DNA of 63,976 bases, counting the filler, from Octopus bimaculoides (taxonomy: Eukaryota): NCBI RefSeq assembly GCF_001194135.2. It is 8 parts of 7 records of this genome, joined end to end, with 100 filler letters (N's around TTAATTAATTAA, not from the genome) between each part and the next. Parts side by side here need not be neighbours in the genome. Positions count along the whole stretch, not along the records: positions 1 to 30,035 come from NC_068982.1; 7 more parts are not named here. One strand, written 5' to 3'. The notes under the pieces are model-generated. The model was not told the origin of the DNA. It did not search any database and was given only the letters and a program-made list of their open reading frames with translations. The position numbers were made by a program, and so were the translations under genes. Positions 12,936 through 23,945 of this stretch are shown here, piece by piece (the stretch's first letter is position 1; each line of letters opens with the position of its first letter).

Positions 12936-13991
12936 CACCATAATGAGCATGCACATACCAGATGAACACACACACACACACACACTCTCATTCTCTTTCA
13001 CATCCTCCTAAGGATAAACATAGGATCTGAAAACTGGGAGACAGGCTGACATGTAATAATAGTGAAGGTTTGCTATTGATGAGGTCGCGAATGGCGACGA
13101 AAGGACTCTGAGAAACCTAAATTTTTGATTGTTTGATCTATCGAAGAATGAATCAAGCAGTTGATTAGTTAATTAGTTAATTCATTAAATAGTTCACTAG
13201 TTGACAAATAATAATAACAGCAGTCAAATAGAAACAACACGTGTGTTTATTATTGATATAACGGCCCTCCCAAGCAGCAACAAAATTTGCTTTTATACGT
13301 ATACATATTGAAAATTTAGTTTTATTTACATCTATGCTAATGTATAACAATTTATTTTGTCAACAATAAAGGAAATAGCTGATCAAGATTTTGTAGTAGA
13401 GTAGTTTGATAGTTTTAACTTTTCAGTTTTTAAAACTATGTTAAAATAGTTTTTAATTTGAAAACTTTCGTATTACTAAAATATATTTCGCTAAACAAGT
13501 CTCCCATCCAATTGTTGACCTTTAGCTTCACATGTACGGTATCATGCGAATTTACAAGTAAAAAAGATTATAATTCTTATAATAACAATCAGTGCATGTC
13601 GAGTACTAAACAATATTTTACATTTGCGGCAGGAATTCCTTTTTGTATTTACTTATACTGAGATGTAGGCGTCGAATTGGCAGAATCACTAGAAAATCCT
13701 ACATATAGCTTCACTGTATTTGTATTGATTTGCTGTGTTCTGAATTCAAATTCTATCTTTGTGTCAAGGTCAGCTTTGACTCTCATCCATTCGTGATCGA
13801 TAAAAAATACCAATCCTAGGTGGCAGATTCGTGTAACTGTAACGATGTCAGACTGGATGTCTCTGCGGTTTCTGTTCTTGAAATCCCAACATAACTTTCC
13901 TCTGCGTTAGGCTTAACCCGTCGCTCTCTTTAACCCCTTGCATGCATTCAATGGTATCTAATCTATTTCATGCATTCGCACTATGTTTTAG

Positions 13992-13994
<3 letters not shown>

Positions 13995-14072
<78 letters not shown>

Positions 14073-14095
14073 CTCTCCCCCTCTCTCTTTCTCTT
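13995..14095. repeat. (CT)n/(CTTT)n microsatellite
   Basis: Direct inspection. Confidence 0.9.
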
Positions 14096-14985
14096 TCACT
14101 TTTTGACTGAAAGATAAAATGTGTAGATTTAATCGTAACTCTCTACTTTACTTCTGTATCGTGAATTCTTTAAGAGCAAGAAATCCAATACTTTTCTAGT
14201 GTAAAGGAGATATTGGTTGTTTATTTAAGCTAAAATTCTTTTTAAAGAACTTATCGAGAGGCGGACGGGTTATGTTCACGGTCTTATCTAGGGCCTTCGA
14301 GACTAATTGAAGGGAAGAGACGTGTACAGACATTACCGGGACTTTTGCATCAGAATGAAATCCATTTTAGGAACCCAATATGTAGGAATTTAATAAACTT
14401 GGCAATCGATTAAGTCTCCTAATTTTAAAACATCTATGTTTTTAATTTATACTCCGAAGCACATTTAAGTCAAACAATATGAACTAAATGGACTATAAAT
14501 GGCTTCGACTTTTGTTGTTACACATGATATTTGTCTTATTAAGAATGTTGAGTATTGCTCCAGGTAGAGGCTATTTCCTTTTTTGTGTTGGTTTATGTGG
14601 GATATAGTATACTTATCCAACTAGAAAGCTGTTAAAATTTTAAATTGATATGACTTTGTATCTTATTTGCAGTTATTTGTCACATGACGATCATTGTTTC
14701 TTTTGTCATAAACTCTACTTGATGGTACATCGACATATCTACTGATAAGAATTTTCTCAATCAAAAATTCTTTGTTGTAAAAGTTCAGCGGTTCTTACTG
14801 TGATATTTTATGCCATATTTTCTTTTAATACATTGTTTGGTTGTCAAGACAAAGTGTTTTACAAGGTTTTCCCCAAGAATTTGTAATTGAATTCAACGTC
14901 CCTGGGGCTAATTTAATTTGCTAGATATTTTCAAAGCAAATTTAATCAAACCTCCACATATATACAAACACACTTGTACTCACGC

Positions 14986-15029
<44 letters not shown>

Positions 15030-16263
15030 CACACACAACACACACACACACATACACACAAACACACACGAGCCAATATAGATACATGTATAGATTCATA
15101 CATACGTGCATACATACTGAAAAGTGTTAGATATGATGAATTCATTAAGGTCGGGTGAGTAATTAAGAATTTAACAGAGTTAAAAGTAGATGCTCATCAC
15201 ATCCTTTGAAATACAAAATGTCTATCCCTTACATCAACCTTTCGGTACACATCCTAATTCTATATTTATATTCTGAACTCGTCAATGACTTAGCAACGTA
15301 GATATATGAACCTAAAAGCTATTCAGTCTTATAGGTGGTATCAATATCAACGAAGATGTATTTCCTGCGACCTGAAAACAATTTGTGCCTTGAAATATGG
15401 TTTAACACCTTGGTGATTCGGATTATAACATTGAAGTAACTTATCCAACAAAGAAAAGAATACATTAATTTTCTCTTGTTTACAAAAACAGAAAATGAAA
15501 ACATCCTTAGAATAGTCAACGAAATCATGGAGAAATGTAAAATAAATCTCTCTCTTCAACTTGGCAGCATTGTGGTAAAAGCATGGGAGAAAGAATTCAT
15601 CTATAAAAACAAAGAAGAAAATATTTATAAATCTTGTACTTAAAATACACTTTTATTTTACTGATCGCTTCCACAAAATACTTTTGATCCAAGACTGTAT
15701 TGCGGACATTCTATCTTAACGTGAACCAAAGTTACTATCTTAAGGGAGTGATCGAAGTTTAATAATAATCCTAATAAAGTGGATCAAATCTCCTCTAAAT
15801 TATTTGTGACACCTCAAAATCGCAGGAGTTTGTGGATTGTTGCAAAGGGAACTAATCTGTTTTACCAACTCGTCCAAGAAGAAAGTGATTGTCATGATTC
15901 AACTCGGTTCACACACATGCTCATCTAACTGTGCGTGATTTTATAAATCTATGCACGAACGAATGTATATAAACGTAGATAAATATGTGTGAACTAAGCA
16001 GAGAAAGAGACAGAGAAAGACAAAGACAAATTTTTAAAGAGAAAGAAAAGAAAGCAATCAAGTGAAAAAGAAAAAAAAAACAAGACAGAAAGGAGAGACA
16101 TGGATTAGAATTAAGTAATATGGAATAATCGGAAGACTGTGGATGTTTTTTTAGTTGAAGCCACGCAGCACAGAAAATATTTCAAATTTTATGACGCACG
16201 CCACTTACATTTGTTTCCTCTTTATAAACTGGTTTTGTTTGAAAGGAAACTTGTATTTATAAA

Positions 16264-16573
16264 TGGCACTCCGTCGCTTAAGACGACAAGGGTTCCAGTT
16301 GATCCGATCAACGGAACGGCCTGCTCGTGAAATTAACGTGCAAGTGGCTGAGCACTCCACAGACACTGGTACCCTCGATGTGATTCTCAGGGAGATTCAG
16401 CGTGACAAGGTTGGTCCTTTAAAATACAAGTACAACTCATTTTTGCCAGTTGAGAGGACTGCAGCAACGTGAAATAAAATGTCTTGCTCAAGAACAACGC
16501 GTTGCCGGGAATCGAACTAGTGACCTTACGATCGTGAGTGAATACCCCGAACCACTAAACCACGCGCCTTCAC
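16264..16573 (-). mobile_element. Hybrid SINE: family-E head and body with family-C tail
   Basis: The 5' part matches 10187-10320; the 3' part matches the tail of 56374-56756. Confidence 0.75.
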
Positions 16574-16676
16574 ATTGTATTTATACACACATATGAAATT
16601 ACATAAGTATTCACACGTAAAGCATACATAGACACATACACACATACACACGTAAAGCATACATGCATATAAGTGA

Positions 16677-17565
16677 CCTGATCAATAAGTACCCGGCTGT
16701 GGCCATAGTAACGAAGTTAAAGCACGCAGAGTAAAGCCGCTGGGCACATATTGACGTTGAACTCGTGTTGTGAATGTGCACTAAGTTTCAATGTTCTAGC
16801 TCACTTAAGCTGTTTACAGAAGTGCTTGGAAGGAAGGCGTGTAGCGTTTGATCGTCACATTGACCATGACAGAAAAAGCTGAGAATCTACATAAAATTTT
16901 GACAAAAGCTTGACGATAGCTACTCAGACGTCTACACAAAATTTTCAAAAGGATTTCATCGTTCTCAATGCAACCAAGGAGATCTTGTACGACTGAAACC
17001 CGGGTGTCTTTTTGGTCAGTTGAAACCATTTTTGGCACAAACTTGGCAGACATGCGTCTAATGCCCAAATCTTCAGTGATAATGGACTGACCTGAACCAT
17101 AACTAATTTGTACATCCTCTGATAACTCACGGATGGTGATTCGACGACTCCCCCCACTCCTACAGCTGCACGCACATCTGCGATATTTTTCTCAGTTCTG
17201 CTGGTTGCAGGTCTCCCAGAAAGTTTGTCTTTATCGACATATTGTCGGCCATCTTGGAAACATCTGAACCACTCGTACACTCGTGTACAGCTCATACACC
17301 CCTCTCCATACACTTTCCGCAACATTGCATACGCATCTAAGCAGGTATCGCCATGACAACTTTCTCTGTCATGGTCAATGCGACGATCAAACGCTACACA
17401 CCTTCCTTCCAAGTACTGCTGTAAACAACGGAAGTGTGCCAGAGTTAAAACTTAGTGCGCATGCATAGCAGAATTCAACGTTAATCTGTGCTAAGGGCTT
17501 TATTCTGCGTGCTTTAGCCTCGTTACTATAGTAACAGTCCGGATACTTATTGATCTGACATCGTA
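16677..17565 (-). mobile_element. Internally deleted mariner derivative with long inverted arms
   Basis: Minus-strand N-terminal transposase DAYAMLRKVYGEGCMSCTRVYEWFRCFQDGRQYVDKDKLSGRP (HTH region) and GIRRMSAKFVPK. The TIR GATCAATAAGTAYCCGG is at both ends. Confidence 0.8.
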
Positions 17566-17910
17566 TATGTGGTGCATGCACACTCATTAAACGAATATCA
17601 CGATAACTGTCGATTAAAAGGTGTATTCACAGCAATGTTCGTGCAATAATGCTTGTACAATACTGAAATGTGTCTCATTATTGAACTCGAAGACAACTCG
17701 AAGCAAAATACCTGTTTTACCAAATAACTTTCTGCTAGAGAAATGCTATAACGAAAGGCAATGATTGTCTCATCCCAAGTAGAATTTTTGTAATCATTCT
17801 GTCGTTGCGTAATCGTTGACCCATTGTTAGATTGATCCGTTCATTTGGCATGCATTGTTTTAGCCTTTCTGCGTTTCTAGCAACCTTCCTCACCAAGAAA
17901 ATTTTGTGAA

Positions 17911-18149
17911 AGTGGTCAAGAGCGCCGGTTACTAACCCCAAGATTCCGAGTTCGATTCCAAGCACTGACCTGAATGATAATAATAATAATAATAATAATA
18001 ATATTGAAAAATACCTTAGGAATGAGAACCCAGGTTCAAAATTACCCCAAGACACCTGATGAAAGCTGGAGGGTATGTCAGCTGAAACGTGTTAACAACA
18101 AAGAAGATGAGTACAAACACCCGTCAAATGTAAATAATGTAAATAATGT
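17911..18149 (+). mobile_element. tRNA-headed SINE family D with internal (AAT)n, HHR-like 3' part and (GTAAATAAT)n tail
   Basis: Homologous along its length to 33177-33470. Confidence 0.8.
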
Positions 18150-18664
18150 GTAGATTTAATCCTCGACGATCTACACATGCCACAAACTATCAATAATTTC
18201 GAAAGCAATATAAAGCATTAATTTTGTTATTGACCAATCTGGTAAAATGATTTGGTCAAACATTTAAAACCCCCAAACAGTTCGTTCTTAATATAATTTA
18301 CTCTACTTTGACCAGAAATAATGCTCGTTGTTTCACAGGGGGAAAACAAAAACTTTAGCCATCTTAAATCCTTAGATTTCTGAACTAGATTTCAACCAGG
18401 AATGAAAATGACTTACAAATCTCTCGCAGCAGTGAAATACCTGATACATCAAACGTTATACAAAAGCAACAAACGCTAACATGCCTATATGTTTGCAATA
18501 CCGACACAGTGACCTAGCAGCGACGAAATCAGAAGTAACTAAATGCCTTGGAATATATATAGCACCCTCCTTCACGTTAGGGCTTCAAATGATCATGCTG
18601 TTGATTATATATTCATGTCTTTGGGTTGATTAAAAAGTATTATGCATATGTTGGGTTCCAATTC

Positions 18665-18895
18665 AATCAGTTATACCATCATTGGAAAACAAGGCAGGCA
18701 ACGTCGGGGAGGAGTAATTCGAGTACATCGATCTCCCAGCATTCAACTACTACTTTTTTTCATCAACCTCGAAAGGATGAAAAGCAAAGTCGACCTCGGC
18801 AGAATTTGAACTTGGAACGTAAAGATGGACGAAATGTCGCTAAACATCTTACTCAGCGGATTAACTATTCTGCTAGTTTGCCACCACCTTCAAGC
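18665..18895 (-). mobile_element. SINE family A copy
   Basis: CGAAAGGATGAAAAGCAAAGTCGACCTCGGCAGAATTTGAAC, the reverse complement of the family core. Confidence 0.75.
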
Positions 18896-19794
18896 GGTTT
18901 TATAATAATCTAAAAAATGATTTATAAAAATTATATGTTGAGAAGTGTAATTTCAGTTCGATTACACTAGAGTACAAAGATTTGAAATAATAAATTTCAT
19001 AGAAATAGAACATTTAAATGCCATTGAATGCAAACAGTGAACTGTGTGTACTATTCAGATTAAATGTGCGACAAATATAAATTGAATTAAAGCACAGATG
19101 CAAGGAAATATGTACGTAGGTTGATGGTTTGCCAGTTATATGGCTGAGCTACTTGATTGGTCCTTATTTTTCGACTACTAAAAGATGAAAGGTTAGAGTT
19201 ATTCCTGCGAGATATGACATGAGAATGTAAACGGATAAAACACAAATTACTACGGGAGAGAGAGAGAAAGAGAGAGGAGGAGAGGAGAGAGAAAGAGAGA
19301 GGAGGAGAGGAGAGAGAAGACAAAATAAGAAAGAGTGAAAGAAGGGAGGTAGATTGAAAGGAAGAGAGAAAGAAAGAGAGAGAGAGAGAGTAACAAATAT
19401 TGCTTCAATTAGTATTAATGTAAGTTTATTTTGATGGACAGAAGGATAAAAAATGTTTTGGCGTTAGGAAGCCATCTCATGCCTCTTTCGTTTCATAACG
19501 TTATGAAGTAGACATTAAATACAGTCTAGATAATTCATTGGCGACAGATTCTCCTTATTTGTAAGTGGAACTGACGAGTGGCTCGGCTGCTCACAGTACA
19601 ACGTTTCAATCTTGTCATATAAGAATTTATGAATAAGTGCAAATTANNNNNNNNNNNNNNNNNNNNNNNNNNNNNNNNNNNNNNNNNNNNNNNNNNNNNN
19701 NNNNNNNNNNNNNNNNNNNNNNNNNNNNNNNNNNNNNNNNNNNNNNNNNNNNNNNNNNNNNNNNNNNNNNNNNNNNNNNNNNNTATATGAGATC

Positions 19795-20615
19795 TTATCT
19801 TTTATCTTTTATTTCTTTCAGTTATTAGACTGCGGCCATGTTGGGGCATGACCTTGAAGAACTTTTAGTAGAAAGAATCGACCAAAGTACTTTTTTTAAT
19901 TTTAAGCCTACTAGTTATTCTATCGATCTCTTTTGAAAAACCATTAAGTTACGGGGATGTAAACACACCAGCACCAGCTATGAAACGGCGGTGGGGTACA
20001 AGCGCTGGCACAAAGACACCCCCACACACCGACACACAAGTTATTTGCATTTGTGTACCATTTCTCCGTTTTTTTCCGTCCTTGTTTTCGTATACATTCG
20101 CTGCTTTCTTCCAAGGAATGTAGTGCTCTTAGCTTAGTTTTTCCTTGGGGCTGGCCAGATTGGAGAAATCTCGAGTATAACAAGCCGAAATTGCAAAGAT
20201 AATCTGGAACTTGACTGAGGAAAGAAAACTCCGAATGACCCGTCCTTGTTTTCTTTGTATTGTCTATCTGGATGTTTTGTTGTCCCTTTTTTGTATCACT
20301 TAACTGTCTGGATGTTTTGCGTTCTTGTCCCATTTTGTATTATATATATATANNNNNNNNNNNNNNNNNNNNNNNNNNNNNNNNNNNNNNNNNNNNNNNN
20401 NNNNNNNNNNNNNNNNNNNNNNNNNNNNNNNNNNNNNNNNNNNNNNNNNNNNNNNNNNNNNNNNNNNNNNNNNNNNNNNTTCGCCTACCAGATCCACTCA
20501 CAAGGTTTTTATCAACCTAAGGTTATAATAGAAGGCACTTGGCCACGCAATGGGACTGAAATCGGAACCACGTCATTAGGAAGTAAACTCCTTACCTAAC
20601 AGCTCACACATGCTA
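19795..20615 (-). mobile_element. SINE family B interrupted by an unclassified ~300-bp insert (20040-20340) and a gap
   Basis: 3' half at 19795-20035 and 5' half at 20480-20615 match family B. Confidence 0.65.
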
Positions 20616-20625
20616 CCATTACTGA

Positions 20626-20626
<1 letters not shown>

Positions 20627-20689
<63 letters not shown>
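20627..20689. repeat. (TAG)n microsatellite
   Basis: Direct inspection. Confidence 0.95.
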
Positions 20690-21469
20690 TACATATTTTT
20701 TTTTGATTACATTCAACTTCTGCGTATATAATTGTAAGTTAGTGAGAATCGTGGTCACTCCAGTTTCAAGAACGGAAAAACTTGTAAATATGTAAATGAA
20801 GTCCTACCTTAGATTTATTTTTGCATGAGTCACATCTGTTGTTGACATTCATAAGCAACATCATAACTTCCTTCTTTTTATCTATTACATCCATTATCCT
20901 ATAACAATCCATGGTCGTTATTTAGTCGGCAGGTCAATGTGTCGTAAGCATTGAAGTCGTTATACCAGCAAGCAATTTCATTTTGTTATTCAGGTTTCAG
21001 ATCTAATGTTTGTTTTGGCTGCAGTTTAAAGGGAGCGTGCGCGGATAGGGCAATATTTTTATAACTCAGGGACGAATAAATGTCGGAACGTTGCTAAGTG
21101 TTTTCGTAGTGTTTTCAGCTGATTATGTAACCTAATCAAATGAAGTTGGTGCTTCTGATGCGATTGAAAGATAGCAATGAGAATAGCTTATATACTAAAA
21201 GCCAGTTAATTCCGTTACGAAGAATATGTTTATTACAAGTAATTGCAAGACTATACCCAGGGAGAAGAAACCAGTCAAAATAAGAAGTACAGACATTTAA
21301 ACAAGAACATTAAATGTGTGATCGACAATTAGGTCCCCGAGCAAAAAATTAATTTCTTGAAAGTAGGTCATAATATGGAATTTTAAATTCCCAGTGTTTT
21401 TGTATCAGTGATAAAGTTCTAAATAAATTTTAGGTATCTAATTTTTTGTTTTAGATATTTCACTTCAAG

Positions 21470-21600
21470 GCGGCACTGGTATCGACCGCGCTCGAATGGA
21501 ACCAGTGTCGCCTGACTGGCTCTCGTGCCGGTGGCACGTAAAAGCACCATTCGAGCATGGTCGACGCCAGTGCCGCCTGACTGGATTCCTTGCAGATACT
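21470..21600 (+). mobile_element. Fragment of the RTE-tailed SINE family
   Basis: GCCTGACTGGCTCTCGTGCCGGTGGCACGTAAAAGCACC is shared with the reverse complement of 5600-5655. Confidence 0.55.
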
Positions 21601-21689
21601 AAGCCTATCCATTCCCATCCGACACAAAAACAAGCAGCAAACACATACAAAGAAACACAAAACCCCTCCCCCAAGTCATAAAACAGAAG

Positions 21690-22141
21690 GAAAAAGTGTA
21701 GGGTTTATATGTTGCTTAGCGACGAACTGTTAAGGGATACGGCGGAATGGGACATAAAGTGTATTGGAACTGCGGGGTATGATAATGTGGAGGAACATCA
21801 CTCGTGTATAATACCAGACAAGAGGCAGGAGGAAAAAATACTAGAGTATATGGTTGGATCATATTTTTGGTAGGTGGACTGCAACTGGAGCTCATTCCCA
21901 GACTTTACTACGTACGATAGGTGGCTGGAGGAAACGGGTATCGATGTGTTAGAAGGTTCAGGATTTAAAATGTAGAAAATGAGGCCACTCGTAAGTGGGG
22001 CGAGTGGTTCCATTTCCATTTTATCATTTTCATGTCTTCATACGTTATAACATTCATTTTATTTTTTATATATGTCTTATGTCCCACATATTTTGTTTGT
22101 CACCTCTATGTTAGCCCACATGGATAATAATAAAAAAAAAA
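21690..22141 (+). mobile_element. 5'-truncated LINE-like 3' end with poly(A)
   Basis: ~85-codon frame with one stop (LLSDELLRDTAEWDIKC...RWLEETGIDVLEGSGFKM*), then a T-rich UTR and ...CTATGTTAGCCCACATGGATAATAATAAAAAAAAAA. Confidence 0.5.
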
Positions 22142-22295
22142 CAGATCCCAAAATCTAACCAGTTCGTGCCAGTCACGAGGCCAAACATCCCTGAAAGTTT
22201 CATCCAAATCCATCCAGCGGTTCTTGGGCGAACAAACAAACAAAGAAAGGCGACTGAAACAATACCTCTGCCTTCAATGAGGCGGAGGTAATAAG
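22142..22295 (-). mobile_element. Non-autonomous DNA element (Helentron/HINE-like)
   Basis: Terminal hairpin ACCTCTGCCT..AGGCGGAGGT. The reverse strand reads TTATTACCTCCGCC..TTTGTTTGTTTG..GGATTTGGATGAAACTT, a pattern seen in animal HINE-like elements. Confidence 0.45.
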
Positions 22296-22944
22296 TTTGA
22301 TGGTAACGACAATAAAAAGGAATGATAGTATCAACAGCGTGGACGAGTTGACGAGAACTACGCAATCGATGCAGACGATATGAGGATTAGAATGGTGTGG
22401 ATTGTAATGCGTGTGGTATTAGTTTGATTGGAAAGCTTTATATCTGCTGATAATCATAAATTGTACGGAAAATATGATTGAATATTAAGATAAAATAGGT
22501 TTTATAGTTCTCCTGTTGTTTAATCTCTTCAAACTAAAGAAGAGACGGTGGCCTAGAAACATAATATTGTAGAACGTTTGTTTTGATGACGCGGAGTGAT
22601 ACAACTTAAATGTTGCGCAATACAACGTGTCATATCACACACACACACACACAAAAATAACACACACACACATACACAAACACACATGTATATACATATA
22701 AGTTTGGCATCTATGAGAGAGTGCTGAAAAGTTCCTGGTTTTGGGTAAAAGAAAATACACAAATAGCCGCCTGTATATGATTTTAAATAATGATTTCAAA
22801 TTTCGGCAGGGGTCAGCAGTTTTTTTTTGAAGGGAGGGAAAGTACTTTAATGGTGCTTAATTTATCGACCACGAAAGGATGAAAGGCAAAAGTAAACCTT
22901 GGCGGAATTTGAACCAAATATTTATGGCATTACAACAATAAGAG

Positions 22945-23790
22945 AATTTTGCAATTGAATCTCCTGGACCGATTTTTTGCTAAGCCTGCTGAGGCCTGTG
23001 CTGGGGTAGTTACTGCTTGGATCTCCGCTGGTATTAATACCTTCACACTATCTCGCAAATACCAGCTGAAACCACATTCCTCACCCTGGTTTTCTCCTGA
23101 TTGAGCTGCTGCTATCGCCCATCGTGATCATTTTTTCTACCAGTTTCAGTGAGATAATTCTGCTGTGAATAAACGGCTTTTCGCCAATGCTCGCAATCAC
23201 TGTAGGGCTGTCATTCGTGAGGCTCACTCCTTCGTTCGAGGAGTTATCTCACTCCTGAGACTATTCTTTATCTTTATAAGTCCACCATTCTCCCCTGCAT
23301 TGAGTACTGTTGTCACATATGGGCAGGTGCTCATGCAGACTATTTAACTCTGTTGGATCGCATTCAATGCCATATTTGTGATGCTATTGGTCCTGATCCA
23401 TCTTCTAAATTGGAGTCACTCTCTCATCGCCGTCGTGTAGCTTCCTTGTCTCTTTCTTATAAGTATTTTAATGGACATTGTTCAGCTGAGGTCTCTTCTC
23501 TGGTTCCTCCTTTATGAACTTATCAGCGATAAACTAGACTTGCATCCAGTTTGCACCAATATACTGTACAACCTCGTAAGTGTCGTAAAGCACTTTACAG
23601 TCCCAGTTTTCTCCCTCGCACCTCTGAACTTTGGAATTCTTTTCCACAGTCCTGTTTTCCTCTTCAATATCACCTCCAGTCTGTTAAGTCTAATGTACAT
23701 CGTTACCTTTTGACTTCATTCTAGCGTCCATTTTATTCTAGTAGCTCTTACGTTTTCATTGGCCTAAGGACCTCGTAACGAGCGAATGCC
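22945..23790 (+). mobile_element. CR1/L2-group LINE relic with large internal deletion
   Basis: YQLKPHSSPWFSPD.AAAIAHRDHFF, NKRLFANARNHCRAVIREA, then LESLSHRRRVASLSLSYKYFNGHCSAEVSSLVP and SFLPRTSELWNS. Confidence 0.7.
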
Positions 23791-23797
23791 TTAAAAT

Positions 23798-23837
23798 ATA
23801 CATACATACATACATACACACACACATACATACATAC

Positions 23838-23900
<63 letters not shown>

Positions 23901-23945
23901 CACACACACACTTACACACATATATATGTATTTATGTATGTATGT
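23798..23945. repeat. Compound (TACA)/(TA)/(CA) microsatellite
   Basis: Direct inspection. Confidence 0.9.
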
